Assembly: GCA_051382305.1 (NCBI GenBank)
Contig: JBBCAV010000216.1
Location: 1 to 55,801, forward strand
Reading direction: 5' to 3'
From: Bdellovibrionota bacterium FG-2
Lineage (GTDB): Bacteria > Bdellovibrionota > UBA1018
DNA length: 55,801 nucleotides
A model generated the notes under the pieces. It was not told the DNA's origin. It did no database searches and saw only the letters and a program-made list of their open reading frames with translations. Positions 38,913 through 49,596 of this stretch are shown in pieces. Positions within the stretch are counted from its first letter, which is position 1. Each line of letters starts with the position of its first letter. Made by a program: the position numbers and the translations under genes.

Positions 38913-39807
38913 GATTTGATAATTCCGCACGCCCACCCAGGGCCACAGGCAATACATGGTCAACCTGTAGCCCGTGGCGAGACTCGCACTTCTTACCGGT
39001 TTCCGGTGAAACAAAGGTGCACGTGCCGCGATCCCTTCGCCAAACTTCAGCACGAAGCGCGGCAGGAATATATCGAGACGACTCCGACGTCGAAGTCATT
39101 GGCTCATGCGTAAAAACCGGAGCCACATTTATATTTCGCCCAGTCTTCGCTTCTGCCCTCTTTTCCTTGCGCTCCCGCTTCTTTTCCGGGTCAACCTGCT
39201 CCAGCGTCCGATCAGCGAGAAGTTCTAAAAGTTGCGCTAGCCCCAGGTTCGGATGCGAATGTGCTAAGAGCCCTTTGCTCTTCTCAAGCTTCTGCATCAA
39301 CTCATCCGAGGCCACTATTCTCAGCTCTGTTTGCGTGGGCGAGATCACCCGAGTGTTCTCTTTAGCCACAGCCGATTCTGGAGAAATCTGACACAAAATC
39401 TTTTCGCACTCCCGATGCGAGCGGCCTTCCATTTTCATAAGCAGCTCCCGCTTCTCATGGGCCGAATATGTCTTGCCCTGCTCTCGTGCCTCGCGCTTCA
39501 GAAAACACTGTACAGTACTCACTGTCGAAAGATTGAGGGCGCCGCTCTCAATTGAAGCGGCCGCACTTGGAACTTCCTTGAGCAGCCGCATCGAATTGAT
39601 TCGTCGCGATGCACTCGCTTCTGAATAGCCCAGTTCCTTAACGGCATACTCAAAAAGTGAGCTGAAGCCCTGCCCCGCATAAAGCCTGCGCCGCTCAACC
39701 TCTCTCAATAATTCAAGCACCTGGGTCGTGAGTTTGCGCTCGTCAGCGGCGAGCTGTCTGATTTGAGAGAGAAGACTTACATCTGGGACACTTTTGAGGT
39801 TTTTCAT
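38821..39807 (-). CDS. Large HNH endonuclease with helical (DUF222-like) N-terminus, likely mobile
   Basis: GFSSLFEYAVKELGYSEASASRRI; RYIPAALRAEVWRRDRGTC..C..LQVDHVLPVALGG..NLRILCSCHN. Confidence 0.8.
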   Translation of the reverse strand: MKNLKSVPDVSLLSQIRQLAADERKLTTQVLELLREVERRRLYAGQGFSSLFEYAVKELGYSEASASRRINSMRLLKEVPSAAASIESGALNLSTVSTVQCFLKREAREQGKTYSAHEKRELLMKMEGRSHRECEKILCQISPESAVAKENTRVISPTQTELRIVASDELMQKLEKSKGLLAHSHPNLGLAQLLELLADRTLEQVDPEKKRERKEKRAEAKTGRNINVAPVFTHEPMTSTSESSRYIPAALRAEVWRRDRGTCTFVSPETGKKCESRHGLQVDHVLPVALGGRAELSNLRILCSCHNSWEAIQKIGSNTMKRYVPGLR

Positions 39808-40139
39808 TCTCTGTCCATAACACGGGAAAATCAGCTCTTTCCAAACGCTCCAGGACGGGCCTAGCAACAAGAATGAATTTCAACATGAGCCGCCCCCCCC
39901 CGGAGTCCCCGAATCGTGCAAGGAGGAACTCCTGAAGGCGCCCAATCACAAGGAGTGACAGGCCTTCTTTCGCTCGAATGAATCTGTGAAAATATTGTCA
40001 ACAAAAAAGCACCTTTAACACAGAATATTTGAGCGCCTTTCCCCGGGGATTCGCACATTCTCAAACATTTGCGCTGCCTACCTCCACCTCCGCAAACACC
40101 CCCTTGACGTACCCCTTCACAACGTCGTACCTCTAAACA

Positions 40140-40853
40140 ATGCCTGCCGCGAAGCCAAAGCCAAGCCCCCAAAAGCCGCCCCAAAAGAAACCACACACCG
40201 GAATCTTCATCACCTTCGAAGGAACCGAGGGCGTGGGCAAATCCACTCTTATCCGGGCCGTCCAAGCTCAACTCGGCAAACTGGGCATCAAACAAAACAG
40301 GATTCTCCTCACCCGCGAGCCGGGCGGAAGCCCCGAAGCCGAAGCCATCCGAAAAATCATCTTGGAAAATGAAGTGACACCTTGGACCGAGTTGTTTCTC
40401 TACGAAGCCGCTCGGTGTGATCATTTAGAGCGCAAGGTTTTTCCAGCCCTTACAAATGGCAAGCTGGTCCTTTGTGATCGCTTCACCGATTCCACCTTGG
40501 CCTATCAATCGTTTGCGCGCGGGCTCTCCTGGAAAACCGTTTCGACGCTAAATCAAATCGCCACCCAAGGCCGCAAACCAGACCTCACTGTCCTGCTTGA
40601 TTTTGATCCAAGCCTTGGACTCAAACGCGCGACGGATCGCAATCGCTTCGAAGAGGAGGGGCTTAAGTTTCAACGCGAAGTACGCAAGGGTTTTCACAAG
40701 GCCAGACACCAAGATCCCAAGCGCTGGCTCACCCTCACCAACGAAACCGCGACCCCCGAAGCACTCGCGGACCAAGTATGCCAAGCCATCATCAAAAAGT
40801 TTCATAAACGACTCCCGCTAAAGAGGCTCTCCATTCATGCTGCCCATCACTAA
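40140..40853 (+). CDS. tmk: Thymidylate kinase
   Basis: FITFEGTEGVGKST, TREPGG, CDRFTDSTLAYQ. Confidence 0.95.
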   Translation: MPAAKPKPSPQKPPQKKPHTGIFITFEGTEGVGKSTLIRAVQAQLGKLGIKQNRILLTREPGGSPEAEAIRKIILENEVTPWTELFLYEAARCDHLERKVFPALTNGKLVLCDRFTDSTLAYQSFARGLSWKTVSTLNQIATQGRKPDLTVLLDFDPSLGLKRATDRNRFEEEGLKFQREVRKGFHKARHQDPKRWLTLTNETATPEALADQVCQAIIKKFHKRLPLKRLSIHAAHH

Positions 40854-41877
40854 AGAGATCCTCACGCATCACGCACTTACACTGACGGGCCCCGTCCAAG
40901 GCTGGCTCAAACAGGGGCATTTCCCTCCTGTTTTACTTTTCTGTGGTTCGCGTGGAATTGGGAAAACTGCGATGGCCACTTACTTGGCGCAATGGATTTT
41001 GTGCCATAAAAAAGAAAAAGCCACCGGTCCCTGCGGAGAGTGCCCCGCCTGTGCAAAAGCTCTGCGCGGGACGTGGATTGATTTCACGTGCATTACCCCG
41101 GAGAGTTCGGAAGGCACCCAAGATTCCCAATCCCTCAAAATTGACCAATTTAGGAAACTCAAAGCCACCCAAGGATTTGGGGCGGTGGAGAGCGCGTATC
41201 GCATCACGCTTATTCCAAACGTTGAGCGACTCACGCCTCAGGCCGCTAACTCCATTTTGAAACTGCTTGAGGAACCCCCGCCGAATTGGCTTTTGTTTCT
41301 CACGACCAGCGACCCCTCGCTACTTCTCCCCACGATTTTGTCGCGCTGTCAGAAAATTACCTTCAAACCTTTACCGACCCAGACACTCGAGGACCTCCTT
41401 CGGGCCAAGGCAATTGCGCCCGAATGTGCGCGCGTCTGTGCGCATCTCTCACAAGGGAGCTGGGAGCGGGCCTTTGAACTTTCGGAAAAAGAAGCCTGGG
41501 AGAAGCGCAAAGATATTTTTGCCTTCCTTGAAGAGCCTCGAACCCACTTAAACTCCTTACTCGAATGGGCGGCAAAAGACCCCTCCCATCTTGATCTGTT
41601 GATCGATCAACAGGAGCATATCACCTCGGAGCTTTTAGCCTGGAGCCTTGCCTCCCCCGCCGTGCCTACGAACCAAAATCTATGGAAAAACTCAGATGGC
41701 GCGAAATCCATGGACCTTCACATCAAAAACACTCTCTTGAAACAAGGTACGATTTCAAAAGCCCGCGAATTTTGGTTGGCAAGAGCGGAGCGGCTTGCCC
41801 GCGCCCGGGGCGAGTCGGTTTTGCCGCTTAATCGAAAACTGCTGATTCAAGATCTTCTGCTCGGGTGGTTCAACTAA
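40837..41877 (+). CDS. holB: DNA polymerase III delta' subunit
   Basis: LFCGSRGIGK, PCGECPAC, AANSILKLLEEPP, LLPTILSRCQ; follows tmk. Confidence 0.88.
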   Translation: MLPITKEILTHHALTLTGPVQGWLKQGHFPPVLLFCGSRGIGKTAMATYLAQWILCHKKEKATGPCGECPACAKALRGTWIDFTCITPESSEGTQDSQSLKIDQFRKLKATQGFGAVESAYRITLIPNVERLTPQAANSILKLLEEPPPNWLLFLTTSDPSLLLPTILSRCQKITFKPLPTQTLEDLLRAKAIAPECARVCAHLSQGSWERAFELSEKEAWEKRKDIFAFLEEPRTHLNSLLEWAAKDPSHLDLLIDQQEHITSELLAWSLASPAVPTNQNLWKNSDGAKSMDLHIKNTLLKQGTISKAREFWLARAERLARARGESVLPLNRKLLIQDLLLGWFN

Positions 41878-41892
41878 CGAACGGCCACGATT

Positions 41893-43227
41893 TTACATAG
41901 CCTGTAGCAACGCCCCTAAATCTGCCTCAATCGGAGTTTCGAAAACGGGGCGAGACAACAGCTCCGACAGCGCTGAAGGAACCTCTAACTTTCGCCCCAC
42001 CAAAGGCTCTACGGTCTCAGAAAACTTACAAGGGTGCGCGGTCGAAACTAAGACCCAAGGGCCACCCTCACGCTGCTGAGACGTCATCCGCTCAAACGCG
42101 CACACGGCAGTGGCCGTATGGGGACACCACACTTCACCCCACGCACTGGGGCCTTTTTGAATCGCCTGCGCAATCTCGAAATCACTCACTGAAAAAACAG
42201 GTACCTCATTTTTAAAACTCTGCCAATCAGGAATCAAATTCTGCAATCGCTCCATGTTGCTGGGATTCCCCACATCCATTGCGTTGGCAAGCGTAGAAAC
42301 CGAGGGCCGCGGACGCCACTCACCCGTCTCAACATAATCTCCGATCGCGCGATTGGCATTGGTCGCCAGCACCAGCTCCCGAATCGGAAAACCCATTTTT
42401 TTGGCCCAAAAGGCGGCCACAGCGTTCCCTAGATTGCCGGTAGGAATCACAAATCCTGGAGCCTGCCCGCGCGACTGTTTCACTTTGAGACTCCAATACG
42501 CGTAGTACACGCTCTGAGGCAGGAGCCTCCCTAAATTAATGCTATTCGCAGAGGTGAGACAAAACCTTGCGTTCCACGACAGATCCGAAAAGGCGCTCTT
42601 CACCAACCGCTGACAATCATCAAAAGTCCCGTTGACGGCAAAGGAACGGATGTTTCCACCCCAGCAAGTCAATTGCACTCTTTGTCTAGGCGAGACGCCT
42701 TGATCCGGAAAGAGGAGACAAACTCTGAACCCATTTTTGCCCGCAAAAGCGGAGGCCACCGCGCCACCGGTATCTCCCGAAGTTGCAACCATGACACAGA
42801 CGTTTTGAGAGGCCGTGTTCAAGACTCTGCTCATCACCTCGGCTAAGAAGCGCGCGCCAAAATCTTTGAAAGCTAACGTGGGCCCGTGAAAAAGCTCCAA
42901 AACAGAGACATCTTCAGAGCCGCCCCCCACTCCTCCGGAGCCAAGCTTCTTCAAGGGCAGCGGAAAATCAAAGGCATTCTGACAAATTTCACCCAAGGAA
43001 TCCGCAATCGGCCCCTCCCCCACAAAATAGGCTAACAGTATGGCGGCAAATTCAGGATAGGACATCCCTTCCGGAATTCCCGCCGCGAATTGTTGGGCCA
43101 CTTGCGGAAACTCGACGGGGACAAAAAGTCCGCCGTCATCTGCCAAGCCCTTCAAAACAGCCTCAGAAAAACTGATCTCCATCGAATCCGGCGAACTCCG
43201 CGTGCAACGCGTGCTACGATACTTCAC
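41893..43227 (-). CDS. thrC: Threonine synthase
   Basis: MKYRSTR, GLADDGGLFVP, ELFHGPTLAFKDFG, ATSGDTG, SANSINLGR. Confidence 0.95.
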   Translation of the reverse strand: MKYRSTRCTRSSPDSMEISFSEAVLKGLADDGGLFVPVEFPQVAQQFAAGIPEGMSYPEFAAILLAYFVGEGPIADSLGEICQNAFDFPLPLKKLGSGGVGGGSEDVSVLELFHGPTLAFKDFGARFLAEVMSRVLNTASQNVCVMVATSGDTGGAVASAFAGKNGFRVCLLFPDQGVSPRQRVQLTCWGGNIRSFAVNGTFDDCQRLVKSAFSDLSWNARFCLTSANSINLGRLLPQSVYYAYWSLKVKQSRGQAPGFVIPTGNLGNAVAAFWAKKMGFPIRELVLATNANRAIGDYVETGEWRPRPSVSTLANAMDVGNPSNMERLQNLIPDWQSFKNEVPVFSVSDFEIAQAIQKGPSAWGEVWCPHTATAVCAFERMTSQQREGGPWVLVSTAHPCKFSETVEPLVGRKLEVPSALSELLSRPVFETPIEADLGALLQAM

Positions 43228-44183
43228 TGATTATCTCCCACAACCCTCGCCCCAACTCCGCCCGCGGGCGCAATCCAAGAGTCAATTTCGTCAGCCTTCA
43301 GCCCCGCCTCAAGGAACGCATTCACGACCGCAGCCCTTACTTTTTCGCCCACCAAGGGAGAGTCCACCCATGCAAAAACGCTGGGGCCCGCCCCTGAAAT
43401 CGAAAAACTTAAGGCGCCATTTTCCAGTGCCGCCGATTTGGCCGCATCAAAGCCTGGAATAAGCTGGGCCCGCTGTGGCTCCACAATCAAATCCATCATC
43501 GAACGCCGAATAAGTCCTAGGTCACTTAAGAAACATCCCGAAATAAATCCCGCAAGACAAGCCGACTGCCGAACCATCGAGGAGAGCATCACTTCTGGCT
43601 TTAGAATTGCGCGGGCCACTTTTGTTTCCACCACAATATGAGGATGAACCAGCACACAAAGGATTTGAGAAGGTACCGGAATCTGAACCACATCAATCGG
43701 CGAGGAGGAAAGCGCGGCGGTCAGTCCCCCTAAAAGACAAGGGGCCACATTATCAGCGTGCTTTGAACCACTTGCGACCGACTCCCCTGCCACTGCAAAT
43801 TCCAACAACTCCGACTGTGAAAAAGGACGATCCAAAAGCGCATTTGCCGCGACCACAGCCGCAACCGCTGAAGCAGCAGACCCCCCCATGCCGGAGCCTA
43901 GCGCAATCCCCTTTTTAAGCGAGAGGCGAAACCCCGTACCAAGATCACGGGCTTCAATCATTTTCAGCAAAGCCACACCCGCCGTATTAAGCTTGGGATC
44001 TTTAGGAATCCTCGCTAAAAGGTCGGAGGAAATTCCTTCAATGGCCTCAATAATAACTTTAGGTTCAGAATGGAGAGAAACCGTCGCAGAATCTCCCACC
44101 ACCGGAAAGGCAAACCCCAACACATCAAAACCTACGGCAGCGTTTCCAACGCTTGCGGGGGCAAAAGCCGTTACAGACTCCAT
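43224..44183 (-). CDS. thrB: Homoserine kinase
   Basis: APASVGNAAVGFDVLG, GSGMGGSAAS, HADNVAP, SISGAGPS. Confidence 0.95.
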   Translation of the reverse strand: MESVTAFAPASVGNAAVGFDVLGFAFPVVGDSATVSLHSEPKVIIEAIEGISSDLLARIPKDPKLNTAGVALLKMIEARDLGTGFRLSLKKGIALGSGMGGSAASAVAAVVAANALLDRPFSQSELLEFAVAGESVASGSKHADNVAPCLLGGLTAALSSSPIDVVQIPVPSQILCVLVHPHIVVETKVARAILKPEVMLSSMVRQSACLAGFISGCFLSDLGLIRRSMMDLIVEPQRAQLIPGFDAAKSAALENGALSFSISGAGPSVFAWVDSPLVGEKVRAAVVNAFLEAGLKADEIDSWIAPAGGVGARVVGDNQ

Positions 44184-45904
44184 TGGGACCTAGCCTCCAA
44201 CTCCACCTTTAGGGACTCAAACTCCTGCTTCGCCTCCGGCGCGCCTAAGCCACGTTCCTCAGCCCAAACATAAGCAAGCTTCTCGGCCCAAGGCAAACCG
44301 TGATCAGCGCGCGCCAAATACAGAGGCGCACGCCGTAAATAGAAGTCCTCCAACCTCATCACCATTTCTTTTCGAATTCCGTAGCGCAATTGCGAGGAAA
44401 GAAGTGGAAACCCCTCGGGATCATCCAAAAACGCCGATTGAAGCTCCCCAAGCTCCACAAGTTCCAAAGCTCTAGCGCCGTACCGTGAATAAAGCGCCTC
44501 TGGAACCTCGATCTTCAGCGTCTTCGCCTGGACACGCGCTTTTTCTACGGCCTCACCCAGCGCCGCAGGGTTGCACGGTTGCTTAGAGTTCGCCTTTGAA
44601 AACCGTGGAGGCGCTGGCAAGTGTTTTCCGTTTTTGACATCCTGCTGCCAGGCCTTCAAAGTGAAATCGACGATTTCTTCGGCCATCTTGCGATGGGTTG
44701 TGTACTTTCCTCCCGCAACCACCACCGATCCTCCAGGGCCCATATCGATATGGTGTTCGCGTGAAATTTTCTGCAAAGGCGCACTCGTAGTGTCTTCAGT
44801 CTTGGCACTTCCAGGAGCTGCACTTCCCCGAAGCAGCGGGCGGACCCCGACATAGGCACTCAAAATATCTTGGGTGCTTAGGTTAAGACTCGGAAAATAT
44901 TTCTGTAGAAGCTTCATCAAATACCCGATATCGGCCGCATCGACCGCGGCTTGATCCGGGTCCTTCGGACTGGGGCTATCGGTCGTTCCTACAATCGCAA
45001 CTCCTGCCCCCATGTCAGGTCTGGGGATCACAAATGAAATTCGCCCATCACCCTCGCCGTTCATCACCATCGCGCCCGGAACAGTGAGTCTTTTGAGATC
45101 AAAAATGAGGTGAATACCCTTGCTCGGTTCAAGCCATTTTTTCCAATGAGGCGAAAGCGAAATTCCAAGTTCATCCGTCCAAGGTCCCACACACACGACC
45201 ACCCGATGCGCCCTAAGATCAAATTCACGACCTGGGCTCTTCGAAAAAGGATCACAATCCCTCACGCGAAACCCGGAGATCAAATCCCCTTTCCACAGCG
45301 GTCCAAGCGCTTTCAAATAGTTGGCAACGGCTGCACCGTGCGTCTGAGCGCTTCGCAATGTCTCCACCGCCAAGACATCATCCCACATTGTGGCGTCATA
45401 ATACCGAAACCCACCCTTCAATCCCTCGCTCTTCAACGAAGGAATATCCCGAATCATCTGACGCGCACACAGCCGTCTGTGCATGCCAGGCGAGCGAAAA
45501 AGTGCTAACGTGTCGTAGAGCCAAAGCCCCATCGAGAGAAGCCCCATGCCGTTAGGGTCTCCAGCATACACCGGCATGTAAAACGGCACGGGACGTACCA
45601 AATGGGGAGCCGTCTTAAGCAAAAGCGCGCGCTCCGAAAGCGCTTCAAAAACGAGACCCAATTCAAAACCCTGAAGATAGCGCAAACCTCCGTGAATCAG
45701 CTTGGAACTGCGCGATGAGGTGCCAGTGGCATAGTCTCCTTTTTCAACCAACGCAACTTTCAGACCCTTGAGCGAGGCTTCGCGGGCAACGGCGGCTCCC
45801 GTGATTCCGCCACCGATGACCAGCAGATCAAAAACTTCGTGCTCAAATCGATAAAGTGACTTCTCGCGCGACGTATAAGAAAAATCAGGCGAAACCGCAG
45901 TCAT
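44171..45904 (-). CDS. glpD: FAD-dependent glycerol-3-phosphate dehydrogenase
   Basis: IGGGITGA, GTSSRSSKLIHGGLRYL, GGKYTTHRKMAE. Confidence 0.92.
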   Translation of the reverse strand: MTAVSPDFSYTSREKSLYRFEHEVFDLLVIGGGITGAAVAREASLKGLKVALVEKGDYATGTSSRSSKLIHGGLRYLQGFELGLVFEALSERALLLKTAPHLVRPVPFYMPVYAGDPNGMGLLSMGLWLYDTLALFRSPGMHRRLCARQMIRDIPSLKSEGLKGGFRYYDATMWDDVLAVETLRSAQTHGAAVANYLKALGPLWKGDLISGFRVRDCDPFSKSPGREFDLRAHRVVVCVGPWTDELGISLSPHWKKWLEPSKGIHLIFDLKRLTVPGAMVMNGEGDGRISFVIPRPDMGAGVAIVGTTDSPSPKDPDQAAVDAADIGYLMKLLQKYFPSLNLSTQDILSAYVGVRPLLRGSAAPGSAKTEDTTSAPLQKISREHHIDMGPGGSVVVAGGKYTTHRKMAEEIVDFTLKAWQQDVKNGKHLPAPPRFSKANSKQPCNPAALGEAVEKARVQAKTLKIEVPEALYSRYGARALELVELGELQSAFLDDPEGFPLLSSQLRYGIRKEMVMRLEDFYLRRAPLYLARADHGLPWAEKLAYVWAEERGLGAPEAKQEFESLKVELEARSQWSL

Positions 45905-45907
45905 ACC

Positions 45908-47779
45908 TCACGTCTCCTTTTTATCAGGATTATTAGGCGGCGCAAGCACCGCAATTCCGAGATCAAGAAGTTGCTCGCGACTCACATGAGATGGGGATTC
46001 AGACATGAGGCAATGCCCTTTTTGAGTTTTTGGAAAAGCCATGACGTCGCGTATCGGCCCAACCCCGCACAAGATTGCCGCTAAACGCTCCACACCAAAA
46101 GCAATCCCGCCATGCGGAGGCGTGCCGTATTGAAGCGCTTCTAAGAAGAAACCAAACTTTTCCTTCGCCTCATCAAGCGTGAGTCCCAAGAGTTTGAACA
46201 TCGCGGCCTGAACATCGGGCCGATAAATTCGTAAGCTTCCGCCCCCAATCTCCACGCCATTCAAAACCATGTCATAGGCCGAGGCTTCAATCCGATCCAA
46301 GTTTTTCCCCTGAATAAAGTCCTCAAAAAACTGCGGCCGCGGCGAAGTAAAGGGGTGGTGACACGCAAAATAGCGCTTCTCTTTTTCATCGTATTCCATC
46401 AACGGAAAATTCACGACCCACAAAAAGGCAGGAGTGCCTTCTCCTGGTTTAGGAATCATTCCCAGACGGCCCCCGACCCATAACCTAATCGCGCCTAAGG
46501 AGTCAAAAACCACTTTGTTCCTGCGATCAGCGACGACCAAAACAAGATCACCCGGCTTAAGCCCAAGTTGCTTAACCAGCCCTTGTTTTTCTTCTTCCGC
46601 AAAAAATTTGGCCGCAGGAGATTGCAACTCTCCTGTCGCTTGCACCTTAATCCAGAGCATTCCTTTGGCGCCAAAACTTGAGGCATGCGACTGAAGATCG
46701 TCTAAATCCTTGCGTGAGAATTTCTCAGCTACCCCTTCGACACGAATCGCGCGCACCGAGCCTTTGCCTTCGCTCTCCGCGCCCAAAGCCCCTTGAAAAA
46801 CTTGAAAGGTGCTTTTTGCAAAGAGCCCCGACAAATCCTGAAGTTCTAGGCCAAAGCGAACATCCGGCTTATCACTCCCGAAGCGCGACATCGCCTCCGA
46901 ATACGGCATCCGAGGGAAAGGCAGTCGCACCTCCACGCCCAGAATCTCCTTCCAAAGCTTCGCCATCATCGATTCAACGATGGGAAAAAAGGCTTCTTCA
47001 TCCAAAAACGAAAACTCGATATCGATTTGAGAAAACTCCGGCTGCCGATCGGCTCGCAAATCCTCATCGCGAAAACAACGCGCAACTTGATAATAGCGAT
47101 CCATTCCGCTGATCATCAAAAGCTGCTTTAGGGTCTGCGGCGATTGGGGAAGCGCATAAAAAGTCCCTTGGTTTAAGCGACTAGGAACGATGAAGTCACG
47201 CGCCCCTTCAGGGGTCGACTTATAAAGAATCGGTGTTTCAACATCAATAAATTGGTTTTGATCCAAGTGGTTTCGCGCAATCGAAAGCATCCGATGACGA
47301 GTTACGAGATTCCGCTGCAAGGGCGTACGCCTTAAATCTAAGTAACGGTATTTAAGTCGCACAGTTTCCGCGACATCAATCTCGTCATTAATCGGGAAAG
47401 GAATCGTCTTGGCTTCGGACAAAATCACAATGTCCGTGCATGCGACTTCGATTTCGCCCGTGAGCAGCTTGGAGTTGATCATGCCCTCAGGGCGCTTTCG
47501 AACGCGTCCTTTAACCCACAAGACAAACTCCGAGCGAATACGCCCTGCGTTTTCGTGGGCCGCGGCCCCCTCGGGTAGCTGGGGATCAAAGACGATTTGA
47601 GTCAAGCCGTAGCGATCGCGCAAATCCGCAAAAATCACGCCCCCGTGGTCGCGCCTTTTCGCAACCCAGCCGCAAAGAGTGATCTCTTCGCCAAGCTGAG
47701 CGGCTCGGAGTTCTCCGCAGGTATGGGATCGGACAGTGCGTTTTGATGTTTGAGTGGTATTTTGAAGTGTTTGAGGCAT
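45908..47779 (-). CDS. aspS: Aspartate-tRNA ligase, probably non-discriminating
   Basis: RSHTCGELR, RRDHGG, YALPQSPQ, CFRDEDLRADRQPEF, GTPPHGGIAFG. Confidence 0.97.
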   Translation of the reverse strand: MPQTLQNTTQTSKRTVRSHTCGELRAAQLGEEITLCGWVAKRRDHGGVIFADLRDRYGLTQIVFDPQLPEGAAAHENAGRIRSEFVLWVKGRVRKRPEGMINSKLLTGEIEVACTDIVILSEAKTIPFPINDEIDVAETVRLKYRYLDLRRTPLQRNLVTRHRMLSIARNHLDQNQFIDVETPILYKSTPEGARDFIVPSRLNQGTFYALPQSPQTLKQLLMISGMDRYYQVARCFRDEDLRADRQPEFSQIDIEFSFLDEEAFFPIVESMMAKLWKEILGVEVRLPFPRMPYSEAMSRFGSDKPDVRFGLELQDLSGLFAKSTFQVFQGALGAESEGKGSVRAIRVEGVAEKFSRKDLDDLQSHASSFGAKGMLWIKVQATGELQSPAAKFFAEEEKQGLVKQLGLKPGDLVLVVADRRNKVVFDSLGAIRLWVGGRLGMIPKPGEGTPAFLWVVNFPLMEYDEKEKRYFACHHPFTSPRPQFFEDFIQGKNLDRIEASAYDMVLNGVEIGGGSLRIYRPDVQAAMFKLLGLTLDEAKEKFGFFLEALQYGTPPHGGIAFGVERLAAILCGVGPIRDVMAFPKTQKGHCLMSESPSHVSREQLLDLGIAVLAPPNNPDKKET

Positions 47780-47859
47780 AAGTACTAGAATTGTACTAGT
47801 AGGTTACGGCCTCGCCCACTTAATTCTTGCACGACATATTAAGATTTTTGCAAAGAGTC

Positions 47860-48228
47860 TTAGGCAACCGTGCGCTGCTCTGCTCCTGCTTGATTAATCA
47901 ACTCACAGAGCTCTTCCAAGGTATAGGGCTTAGCCAAGAACCAAGCGCCTCGCATGCGACGCGCACGAAGCTCGCCACCATAAGCCGCTGAAACGACCAC
48001 GGTGGGTGGGACTCTGCCAAAACGAGCGCGAATCGACTCAAAAACCTCTTCGCCCGACATGCCCGGCATCGTCAAATCCAAGAGCATCACGTCAGGCCAT
48101 CGATACTGGAGATATCCAAGGGATTGTTCGCCATTTTCAACGAGATCCGCCTTATGGCCATAGGCCTCAAGAACCATCCCCAGCGTTTCTCTCACCGACT
48201 GATCATCTTCTATCACTAACACTCGCAT
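47860..48228 (-). CDS. Single-domain response regulator
   Basis: VLVIEDD, DVMLLDLTMPGMSG, AKPY. Confidence 0.9.
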   Translation of the reverse strand: MRVLVIEDDQSVRETLGMVLEAYGHKADLVENGEQSLGYLQYRWPDVMLLDLTMPGMSGEEVFESIRARFGRVPPTVVVSAAYGGELRARRMRGAWFLAKPYTLEELCELINQAGAEQRTVA

Positions 48229-48459
48229 GCGCGTACTCCCTGCATGTTTGAATCCAAGAAAACATTAACTAGGCTGCACTATTTTTATGAGTCAATTTCT
48301 TGACGATTTTTGATTCCCGGCCGTCGAGGGGGCTTATTACACAACAACAGATCAATGGCTATATGATTTTTTTGGAAAAATGACTTTTTCGCATGCAAAT
48401 TGAAGGGGTTGCAAAGTGCAAAATCAACAATCAGAATTTACAATCAGAATTTTCAGAAT

Positions 48460-49596
48460 TTAAGGATGCACTCTTACAACATCCGAGCCTGCGACGGAAC
48501 GCGACGGAATGCTCACTTCCAATACTTCAGGCGTACTTTCCGGCAAGAGATTCTCATCTTCAATTTCAAGCTCAGGTCTCGCGTCAATCGAACATCCAGG
48601 AGCACCGGAGCCCCCGCCCACCCGCACATGAAAATGATTAGCATGACCCGGGGCGTGTCTCACAAAGCGCGCCATTTTGGCCCAGAACTGCCGATCCTCA
48701 AGACTGCCGTGTTTGTTGATCTCTTTGTTAAGCGCGCGAATATGTTTGCGATCTAAGAAAATAACACGCACACACGCATAAGGGTTTTGGAGAATGTTTC
48801 GAATGAGCCAAAACCCTGATTTCGCGTCAAAAGACCGGTGGAACTCGCTGGGGGTCTGTGCGTTTTTCCTCACCCACAAGAAACCCAAATCTACATCTTG
48901 GCCTGAGGTATGCGAGGCGTGCCCTTTACGACCACTTAGGCCCATCAGGCACCCCCCTCGGGGGGCCGAAACGTCCCCTACGAGGAGTCTGACGCTGGAA
49001 TATTCCGGTTCGGCGTAATTGCGCGCGACTTGCCTGCCCAACCACTCCGTCAAAGCTGCCATGCGATCCGTTCCAAAAGCAACGCAACGACTGGCATTAC
49101 GAATCAGCAAGCGGTTAGTCGCAGTCGCAAGGACTGGCCGCCCCTGCGCCAAGAAACCATTATTGACCGTGCAAAAGGCCTGCTCCGATGATCGACGCAT
49201 TTCATTATCCAGAAAACTCAGGACATCCGAAACTTGGCCGGAAGCGACAGATTCGGCGTAGCGCTGCTGGTCTTTGGTCATCTCATCACAAAAACTCGCC
49301 TTAGCACGCTCCCTAAAGCAACGAGACGCTCTTTTTCTCCGCGAGGGCGCAGAGATTTTCTTGCAACAATGGTAACCATTATACGAAAACTCAGGGTTCC
49401 ACTCTGAGCAAAACCCCAGATCTGGCGCGACACCATAACGCCCACCTTCTTCCGTAAGCTGAAGATACTCTGAAGCAAGCTTTGACTCAGGCGTATCTGG
49501 CAAAAACTCGGGAGCTGCGCCATAGGCGTGCACCCCAAGCTGAAAACCGAGAAAACTGCATAGAAAATTCGCTTGAAAAAAGCGCCTAAGATTCAC
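48460..49596 (-). CDS. Penicillin-insensitive murein endopeptidase (MepA-like)
   Basis: Signal peptide; GDVSAPRGG, HASHTSGQDVD, HANHFHVR; TTGACG-N17-TATCCT-N6-GTG upstream. Confidence 0.8.
   Translation of the reverse strand: MNLRRFFQANFLCSFLGFQLGVHAYGAAPEFLPDTPESKLASEYLQLTEEGGRYGVAPDLGFCSEWNPEFSYNGYHCCKKISAPSRRKRASRCFRERAKASFCDEMTKDQQRYAESVASGQVSDVLSFLDNEMRRSSEQAFCTVNNGFLAQGRPVLATATNRLLIRNASRCVAFGTDRMAALTEWLGRQVARNYAEPEYSSVRLLVGDVSAPRGGCLMGLSGRKGHASHTSGQDVDLGFLWVRKNAQTPSEFHRSFDAKSGFWLIRNILQNPYACVRVIFLDRKHIRALNKEINKHGSLEDRQFWAKMARFVRHAPGHANHFHVRVGGGSGAPGCSIDARPELEIEDENLLPESTPEVLEVSIPSRSVAGSDVVRVHP

Noticed and set aside
38821-39807. HNH protein as IscB/Cas9-like
   Set aside because: No PLMP or RuvC motifs visible
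48229-48459. AT-rich intergenic region as an ncRNA or tRNA
   Set aside because: No recognisable cloverleaf or riboswitch motif
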